Source of the DNA: a virus
Lineage: Duplodnaviria > Caudoviricetes
Reading direction: 5' to 3' (one strand)
DNA length: 52,775 bases
Virus record (IMG/VR): IMGVR_UViG_3300032174_000008
Location: 1 to 52,775 of that record
A program made the position numbers and the translations under genes. A model generated the notes under the pieces. That model searched no databases, was not told where the DNA came from, and saw only the letters and a list, made by a program, of their open reading frames with translations. Shown piece by piece: positions 36,030 through 44,979 of this stretch (positions within the stretch are counted from its first letter, which is position 1; each line of letters begins with the position of its first letter).

Positions 36030-38702
36030 TTAAAGCGCAGCTACAGGCTGACGCTGAATTGTTGGTGGGGGCGGCGGGATAGGAGTAGATTGCTTTTCCT
36101 CGGCTATTTCTGCTATGGGAGTAAAGCGCTGATCGTTTTGAAGATCTGCCAATTTTACGTAGAATGTCGCACCGCCCATTCGGTATCCATAGTTTGTTTT
36201 TGTTATTGGCCCGTACACTTGCGTTTGTCCGGGCGGCCCGTTGTACACGATCCTCACCAGTTGATCGGGCGTTGGCGGTTGGCCGTTGACGCCCTGGATA
36301 ACCTGCTTGCTGGTTGGCGCATTGTTTTTGCAGCCGCACATTTTGCCTCCTGAGATGTACTCGCCATACTTCTGATTGAACGCTGCGATAATTTCAGCCT
36401 TGATCGTTTCGCCCCGTTCACGCCGCTGGCCGGTCAAATATCGGTATATGAATAATGGCTCAGCCACGCGCGCGCCGCAAATATCGGCCTTCGCAAGATC
36501 CATGAAATATTGGACGTCCTCCCAGGATACCATCGATTCATCGAAGCCGCCGATTTGTTCGTGCCACGCCTTCTTAAGTAGGATGTTCACGGCATGACCT
36601 ACCGGCTTTTGGAACACATCCCCCGTCACAAACTCCGGCGTTTCGTGCCCTTCGAGCATGCCCTCTTTGTTCACCGATAGCCAGTCGGTGTACACGTACC
36701 GCCCGGTTCGCTGGTACATGCGCAACGTCTTTTCGAGGAACGTCGGCATCAAGATGTCATCGGCATCGAGAAACGTCACGAACGGCGCTGTAGCGTGTTT
36801 GACGCCCAGATTACGGGCTGCCCCTGCACCAACGTGCCCCGCCGTATCGATTACGCGCGCCCACGGGAACGGCGCAAGTCCGGGTAGCGGTTCGCCGGTA
36901 TCGTTGACAATGATCGCTTCCCAGTATCGCTCAGTCTGGCGTTCTATGCTGTCAAGGGCTTGCGCTAGATAAGGAATGTGGTATCCGGCCACTGGCACAA
37001 TAACCGATACCTTAGGCCGATCGTAGTTGCGTACCGGGCGCGCAATGCCAGCGGCGGCCAGCGGGTATTGCTTGTCATTTATAAATGGCTTGTCTCCAAC
37101 CCAGTCCGGTTCGGTTTGTTTTCCAGTTCGCACACCTTCAGATAAACTCCCGCTGTGAAGGCGATAATGAAACCATCCGGCATCAGTGACCTGTTTGGCA
37201 CGGAAGCCAAGCGAGACAATGCGCAAGAATAACTCTGCATCCTCAGCCGGTTGATACTGCGAGCGATAGCCTCCCGCTCGACGCCACGCATCACGACGAA
37301 ACATGCAGCACGTTGGCACTTGGTTATGGCGGTCAACTTGTTTCTCCCACGAAAATCCTTTAGGCCACTCGCTGACAGCGCCTAACTTGCCGTCAGCATC
37401 AATCGTCTGCAATCCGGTGAATGCAATGCCCAGCCCGCGATCAGCGTCTAGAGCATCGGCTAACGTTTGCAGAAAGCGCGGATCACCTAACTTGTCATCG
37501 GCATCCAGACAACAGATATAGTCGCCCTTTGCCTCTTTGATGCCGCGATTGCGCGCGTTGGCGACGCCGGAGTTTGGCTGATCGATAACACGCGCGTCAT
37601 ACAGAACCTGGTTTGTATCGAAGCCGGAAACGCTAAGTGCTTCGATTATCGCGTCATGCGACCCGTCGGTTGATCCGTCGTTGACTATAATTAATTCGAC
37701 ATTCCATCCTGTAGTCGGTGCTTTTAACGACTGTTTAGAAACGCTGGCTATCGCCTCACCGACATATTGCGCGTAATTGTGGCACGGAATAATGACGCTA
37801 ATTTTTGGATGTGAATGCGTGTCGAATAGGCTATCGTAAACTTCAGCAATCGAAGCCGCCACGCCCTGCCACGTGAACAGCCGTGCGACTTCGCGGGCGT
37901 TCGCGCCCAACGTTTCGCGGTGCTTGAGACAGTACGCCAACCCTTCAATTAGCCCGTCAATGTCGCCTGGTTCGCACAAAAAACCGTTAATGCCGTGTTT
38001 GACAAGATTCGGCATGTTGCCGTGTGCGTAGCCAAGTATTGGCACTCCTGCAGCCATGAATTCTAGCGCCCCAATGCAAAACGTTTCCTTCGTGGTACAC
38101 AATCCGATAGACGCGCCTCGAATTAGACCTTTCATCACGTCAAAAGTTTGACGCCCGATGACGCGCAAGTTCGGAGTCGCCGCCTGCCCGAACGTGCTCA
38201 GGAAGTGCATCTGTGGCACTTTCTTTGCCAGTTCGGTGATCGGCGTCGGGTCGCACACCGGATCGCTTCGGGTCTTATTCCACAACACATACCCTTGATT
38301 GTTGCCCGGTTCCCACTCGTCAAAGTCGATGGCCCACGGGATCACCGTCGGATTGATGTGGCAATCGCGCCTCAGCAGATCGGCAACCCATTCGCTGGGA
38401 GCGGTTACGACACGCGCCGACATAAAAGAATTCACAACTCCCTGATTGGCACTGACCATCCACGGTTCAATCAGGTGCGGGTAAGCGCTTGGGTATAAAC
38501 CATGGAGATGTGCCACGTCGGGCTGTCTGTCGTTGTGTTGCCCTGCATGTCCAGCAATTAAATCGGCTTCATTTATATTTTCGGTGAGTTGATACCCCCA
38601 CTCGGGTAAAGACTTCTCGAGATGGATTGTTATCGCGTTTATGCTGTTGGTCAGATCGTTTCTCGCATGAGATGGCAATGGCATCATGTAGCATTTACGC
38701 AT
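36030..38702 (-). CDS. Multidomain glycosyltransferase (GT4 + GT2 + GT2 + C-terminal extra domain)
   Basis: ETFCIGALEFMAAGVP (GT-B); ISVIIPCHN...VNDGSTD...ARNRG...LDADD; VSVIVP...ARNLG...LDADD; start 38702 preferred over track 38753. Confidence 0.9.
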   Translation of the reverse strand: MRKCYMMPLPSHARNDLTNSINAITIHLEKSLPEWGYQLTENINEADLIAGHAGQHNDRQPDVAHLHGLYPSAYPHLIEPWMVSANQGVVNSFMSARVVTAPSEWVADLLRRDCHINPTVIPWAIDFDEWEPGNNQGYVLWNKTRSDPVCDPTPITELAKKVPQMHFLSTFGQAATPNLRVIGRQTFDVMKGLIRGASIGLCTTKETFCIGALEFMAAGVPILGYAHGNMPNLVKHGINGFLCEPGDIDGLIEGLAYCLKHRETLGANAREVARLFTWQGVAASIAEVYDSLFDTHSHPKISVIIPCHNYAQYVGEAIASVSKQSLKAPTTGWNVELIIVNDGSTDGSHDAIIEALSVSGFDTNQVLYDARVIDQPNSGVANARNRGIKEAKGDYICCLDADDKLGDPRFLQTLADALDADRGLGIAFTGLQTIDADGKLGAVSEWPKGFSWEKQVDRHNQVPTCCMFRRDAWRRAGGYRSQYQPAEDAELFLRIVSLGFRAKQVTDAGWFHYRLHSGSLSEGVRTGKQTEPDWVGDKPFINDKQYPLAAAGIARPVRNYDRPKVSVIVPVAGYHIPYLAQALDSIERQTERYWEAIIVNDTGEPLPGLAPFPWARVIDTAGHVGAGAARNLGVKHATAPFVTFLDADDILMPTFLEKTLRMYQRTGRYVYTDWLSVNKEGMLEGHETPEFVTGDVFQKPVGHAVNILLKKAWHEQIGGFDESMVSWEDVQYFMDLAKADICGARVAEPLFIYRYLTGQRRERGETIKAEIIAAFNQKYGEYISGGKMCGCKNNAPTSKQVIQGVNGQPPTPDQLVRIVYNGPPGQTQVYGPITKTNYGYRMGGATFYVKLADLQNDQRFTPIAEIAEEKQSTPIPPPPPTIQRQPVAAL

Positions 38703-38811
38703 GGCGGCACATCCAGTGACGATGATGGTTACGCCTACCGTTGGCAACTGCACACATTTTCGTTGTACTTAGTCCGTTCTGACGGCAAAATTCAGTTAAG
38801 TTGTGCACTTC
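38695..38811 (-). pseudogene. Remnant of a third GIY-YIG endonuclease C-terminus
   Basis: EVHNLTEFCRQNGLSTTKMCAVANGRRNHHRHWMCRHA* aligns with the ends of both intact GIY-YIG proteins. Confidence 0.75.
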
Positions 38812-39100
38812 GTTCAATGTCTTCTTGCTCCTGAACAAATCTCATACGGGCATACAGGTTCGCGCTGCCATAATTTCGATACTCAGGTTTGCGCTCCCAA
38901 CCTAAAAAACTGACGGGTTGCCATTTTCCGGGAACATCCCGATTTAGCATTAGTTCGACTTCGCGAACGGCGTCTTCTTTTGTTGCATAGTCGAATTTCT
39001 GGCAATATTCAAAATCAACAATCCCCCACGGATTGTAGTAGATACGATAGACAGTCGGGACCGTAAGGTCTACAACCAAGTGGGGATTTTCGGCTTTCAT
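38792..39100 (-). CDS. Hypothetical protein
   Basis: ATGA overlap with the methyltransferase. Confidence 0.65.
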   Translation of the reverse strand: MKAENPHLVVDLTVPTVYRIYYNPWGIVDFEYCQKFDYATKEDAVREVELMLNRDVPGKWQPVSFLGWERKPEYRNYGSANLYARMRFVQEQEDIERSAQLN

Positions 39101-39702
39101 GCCGTTCGCTCCAAAACCAGCATCGTATGAACCACCTTGACCGACTTCCAGCTATCGGGATTCTCCGCCTTCCAATCTGCCACGGCCTTGCTCACTTCAA
39201 CGTGTAGCGGGTGCGCAACGTGCCCTGGATGTGCGTCGCTAGCGGTCACGGCGTTATCGTGTACCAGCACAAAGCCGCCAACCTTAACCAACGGCGTGTA
39301 CAGCGATAAGTCGGCAAGTGCATCAGTATACGAATGCCCGCCGTCAATGAACAAAACGTCAATAGCTTTGTTGCGCAGTTTCTTCTTCAGTTGAGCGAGC
39401 GTCGCCTTGTCGCTCGAATTGCCGACAATTAGCGGCGGCGGTACTAACCCGGCCTCGGTCAGGTTCGCCGAGTACGCGTCAAGTGGGTTGATCTCAATGC
39501 CGTATACGGTTGCGGTGGGCGCGTATTTCACAAACGCCGCCATTGAGCGTCCGAATTCCACGCCGACATTAACGATTACGCCGCCTTCGGGTACGGTTTT
39601 CGCGTACTCGATCAGCGTATCTTCCTCATCCGTTTCAAGCCAGCCGGGTACATCCGTGTACGGGCTGTACGGTGCATTACCGATCATCGTACCCCCTTTC
39701 AC
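39097..39702 (-). CDS. Class I SAM methyltransferase (Methyltransf_24-like)
   Basis: IVNVGVEFGRS...DVLFIDGGHSY...VKVGGFVLVHD. Confidence 0.88.
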   Translation of the reverse strand: MKGGTMIGNAPYSPYTDVPGWLETDEEDTLIEYAKTVPEGGVIVNVGVEFGRSMAAFVKYAPTATVYGIEINPLDAYSANLTEAGLVPPPLIVGNSSDKATLAQLKKKLRNKAIDVLFIDGGHSYTDALADLSLYTPLVKVGGFVLVHDNAVTASDAHPGHVAHPLHVEVSKAVADWKAENPDSWKSVKVVHTMLVLERTA

Positions 39703-39998
39703 TGCAATCGATTGATAAGCAAGTCGAAGTGGCCTTCTATGGCGGTGCTAGCCCCTTGCGGTGCGCCAAACAACAACGCCACGTACTGCCAAGCGCCGTA
39801 CACCGCCGCCCCTTGCCCGGCAGCCCAGCCGTATCGCGCTTCCAAGTTTGTGAAAGTAGCGCCGTCGGTTTGGTGTTGCAGTAAACCGTATACTGAAAGC
39901 ACTTGCGAAACGGCTTGACGCATCGCATCGCGCGCGTTACCGAGTGCTTGCGCGTCCGAGTTCGCGCTCCGGTTAGTGATTATCTCGTCTGATGCCAT
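39699..39998 (-). CDS. Hypothetical protein
   Basis: AGGAG SD. Confidence 0.7.
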   Translation of the reverse strand: MASDEIITNRSANSDAQALGNARDAMRQAVSQVLSVYGLLQHQTDGATFTNLEARYGWAAGQGAAVYGAWQYVALLFGAPQGASTAIEGHFDLLINRLQ

Positions 39999-40037
39999 CG
40001 TTCATACTCCTATTCGTTAGTTGTCCGTTTCATTCTA

Positions 40038-40769
40038 TCATAGAGGCGTACTCAACGTCGTGATCGCCGCGCCCGACTTCACGTCGCTGAATAGGCTGAA
40101 GCCCGCGAGCCAGCCTTTCCAGTAGGTGCCGCCATTAAGGCGAGCCAGTGTGCAAAGTGCGTTAGTCAGCGAACCTGTCCACGCACCGGCTAGAGTGTGC
40201 GAACTAGGCGCACCGCCGTCTATGTACAATTTAAGCGCATTGCCTGCCTGATCCCATGTCTCAATTATGTTATGCCAACCAGCAGTCACCGCAAGCGATA
40301 CGGTTATCGATGAAATTGACCCGCCTTTTTTGTCATAGATAATGACTGTACTTGCTGTTTCCTTACCGCCCACAACGAAATTATTGGTGTCAACTCCTAT
40401 CGAATAGAAATACTCTGTTGTAGGCCAACTTCCATTGGTGTTTATCCAGATTGAGATCGTACCCTTGGTTGGATCAAACACGCTATTCAACGCCACCGCT
40501 GGCAACTGCCCAAATCCGGTCGTGCCATCAAACAACGGCGCATTGCCCATGCTTGCGCCCGGCCCGGCAAGGTTCGCCAGTGCCACGCCGCCGTTGTATG
40601 TGCCGTTGAGTCCACTGTTGTTCGGGCAAACTATCGTTGTACCGGCGTTCTCGTTCAGCGGGTAGTAGGCAATCAGGTTGCCAAGTCCCTGAACCGCCGA
40701 CTGATACGCCGGAACGCCAGTGCCTCCGCGCCTGAGAAGATACTGGCCTAGAAGATGGTGGAAACTCAA
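40038..40769 (-). CDS. LamG/ConA-like lectin-fold protein
   Basis: LIAYYPLNE...FDG...GTISIWI...WHNIIETWD...LYIDG. Confidence 0.85.
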   Translation of the reverse strand: MSFHHLLGQYLLRRGGTGVPAYQSAVQGLGNLIAYYPLNENAGTTIVCPNNSGLNGTYNGGVALANLAGPGASMGNAPLFDGTTGFGQLPAVALNSVFDPTKGTISIWINTNGSWPTTEYFYSIGVDTNNFVVGGKETASTVIIYDKKGGSISSITVSLAVTAGWHNIIETWDQAGNALKLYIDGGAPSSHTLAGAWTGSLTNALCTLARLNGGTYWKGWLAGFSLFSDVKSGAAITTLSTPL

Positions 40770-40770
40770 C

Positions 40771-41145
40771 TCAGCTTGTCCAGTAGTATTGCAGCGAGTA
40801 GCCGACTTGCACGCCGGTTGACAGGTTGATGATCAGCGCATTGCCATTCTGAGCCTGATCAAAACCTAGACTAATCCCGCGCCCCGGCACGAGCGGCAAG
40901 CATACGCCGTCGCCTTGATTCTGTGCCAACGTTCGCCAAAATGGGGAACCGCCCGCCTTGACGATAATCGTAACCGGCGTCGCGCTTTCGTTTTGCACCT
41001 GGAGCGCGGTGATTACCAATCGTTGCGGTACGTTCGGCTGGGCAATAACCACGTTATCGCCGTTGCCGTTAATGGTTCCGGTTTTGAACAGAAATCCGCC
41101 GGGCACTTGCGGATCTTGCGTGACAACCACATATTCCATTGGCAT
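40771..41145 (-). CDS. Small beta-sandwich, probably virion protein
   Basis: All-beta composition; head-region position. Confidence 0.55.
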   Translation of the reverse strand: MPMEYVVVTQDPQVPGGFLFKTGTINGNGDNVVIAQPNVPQRLVITALQVQNESATPVTIIVKAGGSPFWRTLAQNQGDGVCLPLVPGRGISLGFDQAQNGNALIINLSTGVQVGYSLQYYWTS

Positions 41146-41146
41146 G

Positions 41147-41707
41147 TTAGATTGTTCTCCGTTGCTCTGCCATTGAATATAATGCGAACTTGCTCAAATT
41201 CGCCTCTTTGAACTTCTTCGGTCTACGTGCTTTGATGAACACACCCGGTTCAGACGGATCATCCATCAGCGCGAGTATCTCAAAGTCGGCAAAGATCGCC
41301 CGCATGTCATCACAATTGTAGCGCCAGGCGTCTATCGGGTATTCGTGATATTGAAATCCTTCCGACCGCGTGGTAATGAATAACACGCCGCCCGGTTTCA
41401 ACACGCGTTTGTAATTGCTGATCACCGCGCGCCAGTCGCTAACATGCTCGATTACCTCAGTCGATACCAGCACGTCAAACGAGCGCGCGCCGAACGTTTT
41501 TACAAGATCCTCAGCCGCGCAAATGCGATCAACACAGATACCCGGTACGATGTCCGTGCCAACGTATCGATTACAACCCAGCCGCTCGAAATGCCAGCGT
41601 GCCGAACCGTTCACGTCCTGCGAACCGCTTTCGATAATGTCCTTGCCGAATGCCTCGTCTTTAGCAAGGTTGTCGCGCACGAATTCAAGGCAACGTATAT
41701 TACACAC
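41147..41707 (-). CDS. Class I SAM methyltransferase (Methyltransf_11-like)
   Basis: IESGSQDVNG...FDVLVSTEVIEHV...RVLKPGG...HEYPIDAWR. Confidence 0.9.
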   Translation of the reverse strand: MCNIRCLEFVRDNLAKDEAFGKDIIESGSQDVNGSARWHFERLGCNRYVGTDIVPGICVDRICAAEDLVKTFGARSFDVLVSTEVIEHVSDWRAVISNYKRVLKPGGVLFITTRSEGFQYHEYPIDAWRYNCDDMRAIFADFEILALMDDPSEPGVFIKARRPKKFKEANLSKFALYSMAEQRRTI

Positions 41708-42470
41708 TGATCGTCGTCTTTTCCGTGTCGAGTGTCGAGTGTTGGTAACTTTTGCCGATGTGATCGAAGTACGTGTTTATCCACTCTGGCAACACAGTAA
41801 TCACTGGCGACTGAGGCTCACTCCGCATTTTATCAAGTACCATGTGACTGTACGCCTCCTCAGTCGCGCCCAACTTCAGCCCTTCGGGATAATACCCGTA
41901 GAATTGCGGGTGAAACGTTGCGCGCTTGAGGTGCGGCGTGTTGCTATAAATCCAAAGTGTCGGGGAACCGCTATCCAAAAGTAAGTAACACAGCTTGCCG
42001 AACAACCCCATGCCCTCACGGTAATCGGGTATCCAGTGCGATATGTCGGCCTCCATTTGATGGAGAATACACTGAGTACCACTTGTGCCGCCGAACCGCA
42101 TCATGCCGATTTCCGGCTTGACCTCCATACACGCAATCGCCGCCTGAAGGTCAAGTTCCTTCTGTAGAATTCGGTCATCTTCGACCTGAATTACGAAAGG
42201 TGCACTACTATAACGAAGTGCACGATTTACATTAAACCCCCACCCGCCGTTAACGCCTCGATGTGGCACAAACTCATAGTTTATGAAATTAAATATGTAT
42301 GACTTTGCAAGTTTAGATTGATAATCACCTGGGGAAGCATCATCCGCAATCAAGTATCGAAGTTTATCCTTCGGATAATCAATTTTTTTATGGAGGGCCT
42401 CCATTGTGAGGATTATCTCATTCAAACGATCGTACGTGACGACTATAATATCAACGCGGGGCCACTCCAT
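41700..42470 (-). CDS. GT2-family glycosyltransferase
   Basis: VDIIVVTYDR...IADDAS...NVNRAL...QVEDD...FDHIG. Confidence 0.85.
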   Translation of the reverse strand: MEWPRVDIIVVTYDRLNEIILTMEALHKKIDYPKDKLRYLIADDASPGDYQSKLAKSYIFNFINYEFVPHRGVNGGWGFNVNRALRYSSAPFVIQVEDDRILQKELDLQAAIACMEVKPEIGMMRFGGTSGTQCILHQMEADISHWIPDYREGMGLFGKLCYLLLDSGSPTLWIYSNTPHLKRATFHPQFYGYYPEGLKLGATEEAYSHMVLDKMRSEPQSPVITVLPEWINTYFDHIGKSYQHSTLDTEKTTISV

Positions 42471-43209
42471 TTATTTCAACGCTCCGAACGTGGCTAAAGA
42501 ACTCCAGAATGCTGGACTGTTTTTTGAGAGCCACGCGTTTTCCATATTCTTCAACAAGCCACCCCATAGCATTCTTTTTGCCTTTACTATTGTTGCATCC
42601 ATCGATTCCGTGACAAAGGGGAACAATATTGCCGGGGACTGTATTGCCCCCGTCGCAAACAGGTATCCAGTGGTCAAGCGCCAATGTGTGCCAAAAGCCA
42701 ATAGTACGCCCGCAAATAGCGCAGCGGTTACGCCAATAATCAAGAGCAAATAACCAGTCGTCTTTGGTGAAATCAACAACGGTTTCCAGTTTCTTTGCGC
42801 GCCGTCGCTCAACGGCGATCTTTTGGTTAAGTTGTATTGTTCCTTTATCTCTCCGCCGAATATAAGACTCGCGCGAGCGCTCACGAAAAACATCCCGGTT
42901 ATCTTGATAACGCTTCTTGTGATAGAGCGCACTTTCGGCCTTATGCCTTCGGTAGCGCATTTTATTGGCAGCGCCATATTGCTCTCGGTGTTGTTCGTAA
43001 TGATGATGCTTGTACTCAGGGTTTTTATCAAACCACGCCTTCTTAGATGCCTTAACACGGTCCTTGTGAGTTTCGGTGTACCGATGTTGGTTGACTTTTC
43101 GACAAGCCTTGCACTGTTTATCAAGCCCGGTTGACTTGTTCCGGTAGAACCATTCGGCTGTTGCTGGAAACTCTTGCTTGCACTTCGAACAACGTCTATA
43201 CTCTTCCAT
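42451..43209 (-). CDS. HNH endonuclease with N-terminal zinc ribbon
   Basis: CSKC...CKAC; CAICG...LDHWIP...GGN...NIVPLC...CNNSKG. Confidence 0.9.
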   Translation of the reverse strand: MEEYRRCSKCKQEFPATAEWFYRNKSTGLDKQCKACRKVNQHRYTETHKDRVKASKKAWFDKNPEYKHHHYEQHREQYGAANKMRYRRHKAESALYHKKRYQDNRDVFRERSRESYIRRRDKGTIQLNQKIAVERRRAKKLETVVDFTKDDWLFALDYWRNRCAICGRTIGFWHTLALDHWIPVCDGGNTVPGNIVPLCHGIDGCNNSKGKKNAMGWLVEEYGKRVALKKQSSILEFFSHVRSVEINGVAPR

Positions 43210-43276
43210 AGTGCCTCCTGTTCAGGCGCTCAACCCCCGGTTGTTTTCAGCAACGCGGGGACTTCAATTCAGCTTA

Positions 43277-43885
43277 TTATACCTCAGCACTCGCCATTTT
43301 CTTGATCAGCGCCAGGGTCGCAATGCAATCGCTGAGGGCCGTGTGTCCCCCGCCCGGCAACCGTTGCCATTTAAAATTGCCGTGATACTCGTTGTACTCA
43401 CCAACGAACTCGGCATACGGATTCATGATGTCGATAGTCCGCACTCCGCCTTGAATTAATGAGACATCGGCCCACGTTCCGTCGTTTTTCATGTGGTGCG
43501 ACTTGATGCCAACATGCTTAGCCGACTGCTCAACAATCCGTGTGTCGAAATCGGCATTGTAAATAGCCACATGCAAACCGTCTGTTAAAAGCTGCACAAG
43601 GCTATCCCACACCTGGTCAAACGTCGGCGCGTCCTTGACCATCTCGTTGCTTATGCCGTGAACCGCAAACGCGCGCCCGCGTTCGTCAATCGGCTTGCTC
43701 GGCTTAACCAGCGTGTCAAGTAGCACGTTGCCGTCACTGTCGATCACGGCGATCTGCACGACTTCGGCGCTGTCGTCGAGACCGGTTGTCTCGGTATCCA
43801 AAATAAGGAACTTCTTTGCCGCAAGCTGTTTCATGGCGGCTATCGCGTCGGCGCGAGCACTCAGATAATCAACTTCACTTTGCAT
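43277..43885 (-). CDS. DEDDh 3'-5' exonuclease
   Basis: LDTETTG, VHGI, YNADFD, HTALSDC; start MQSEV after AAAGGA (track extension to 44203 overlaps another gene). Confidence 0.9.
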   Translation of the reverse strand: MQSEVDYLSARADAIAAMKQLAAKKFLILDTETTGLDDSAEVVQIAVIDSDGNVLLDTLVKPSKPIDERGRAFAVHGISNEMVKDAPTFDQVWDSLVQLLTDGLHVAIYNADFDTRIVEQSAKHVGIKSHHMKNDGTWADVSLIQGGVRTIDIMNPYAEFVGEYNEYHGNFKWQRLPGGGHTALSDCIATLALIKKMASAEV

Positions 43886-43973
43886 CACAAATATCCTTTT
43901 TAGGTGGGACTGTGACCCACGGGACACAGCCCCCAACCGTCTCAGCAAGAACAGTTCACAGTGTACCATAAAA

Positions 43974-44240
43974 TCAAGGTATAGGTAGCGGTCTGTTGTA
44001 ATCCGCCCAATCCTTGAGTACTGCCTTTTGGTCAACCCCAAAGTAAGCGCTGATATGCTCCAACAGAAACAACCACCAGTCCGATTTGTCGGTAATTGTC
44101 GATTGAAATTGGCGGGGTACAGGTTCATTGCGAAGGCGGTCGAACGTAAACATGGCGAACATGACATTTTCATCGGCATTGTCGGACGGATTACCTTCAA
44201 CACGGAAAGCGTAATTGTCGATAACCATTATTCCGCTCAT
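43974..44240 (-). CDS. Hypothetical protein
   Basis: AAGGA SD; follows the Cys-rich gene. Confidence 0.65.
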   Translation of the reverse strand: MSGIMVIDNYAFRVEGNPSDNADENVMFAMFTFDRLRNEPVPRQFQSTITDKSDWWLFLLEHISAYFGVDQKAVLKDWADYNRPLPIP

Positions 44241-44241
44241 G

Positions 44242-44880
44242 TTAGTTTCCTTTCAGGCTGTTGAAGTGAGCTACCATGTACTCGTTCATGATACCAGCAG
44301 TAATTTCAGCGTTTTTCCTCATGTCGATTTCAACCTGATGCCAACCATAAGCATCGTCGCTAGACCAATCCTCATCCTTAGCGCCAAGTTCGCGTAGTGG
44401 ATTGTCGGGATCAGGCATTAGCGGTATCTGCTCACCACGCACCAATGCGTCACCATCAATCAGCCGCATTATCTGCCTATAGCAATCCTTGCAAATAACT
44501 TCTTTGCGCATATCAGGCTGAATATACCGCATCCAATCAGCACCCCGAACGGCAAAGAACTTGCGTTCCTCGTTGCCACACCGCACGCAACGCACTGGAT
44601 AGCGAATATAAGGTATTCGTCCCTTATTGGTCAACATCAACTCCCATCGAGCCGCGTCAATTACTGACAGCCCTTTCGTATATACATCGAGCGGCAAGTA
44701 GGATGTTTCAAGTGTGTATTTGGCTCTATCCATTATGCCAAGTTGCACGTATTTGCAGAAACATGAAAGAAGTTGCCCGCCGCAAAACGGGCATATCTCA
44801 TGATCGCAATTCGGAAAAAATTTATGCAACTGACCTTCTCGGCAACCGCAGTCACCGCATGTGTGGATTTGTGGAGACAT
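44242..44880 (-). CDS. Cys-rich zinc-binding protein
   Basis: CGDCG...H...CDHEICPFCGGQLLSCFC; CVRC...CKDC. Confidence 0.75.
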   Translation of the reverse strand: MSPQIHTCGDCGCREGQLHKFFPNCDHEICPFCGGQLLSCFCKYVQLGIMDRAKYTLETSYLPLDVYTKGLSVIDAARWELMLTNKGRIPYIRYPVRCVRCGNEERKFFAVRGADWMRYIQPDMRKEVICKDCYRQIMRLIDGDALVRGEQIPLMPDPDNPLRELGAKDEDWSSDDAYGWHQVEIDMRKNAEITAGIMNEYMVAHFNSLKGN

Positions 44881-44913
44881 ACCCCGTTTACCTCAAGTTG
44901 GTTTACCTGATGG

Positions 44914-44964
44914 GTGTGGCGACCGCCGGTAAAAAGCGGTATTCGGGAATGACCCTAGCCACAC
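44914..44964 (-). ncRNA. C4-antisense-like three-way-junction RNA
   Basis: GTGTGGC-TA-GGG(TCATT)CCC-GAAT-ACCGC(TTTTTACCG)GCGGT-C-GCCACAC just after extended -10 TGGTACAAT. Confidence 0.65.
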
Positions 44965-44979
44965 AAGAATTGTACCATC

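Noticed and set aside
36030-42470. DNA hypermodification role for the GTs
   Set aside because: No hydroxymethylase, TET/JBP or nucleotide-modifying genes seen, and the cluster lies in the structural operon; not fully excluded
42471-43124. 217-aa alternative-frame ORF and other long shadow ORFs (e.g. 44893-45420, 30621-31124, 5339-5575)
   Set aside because: Overlap well-supported genes and lack SD or motifs
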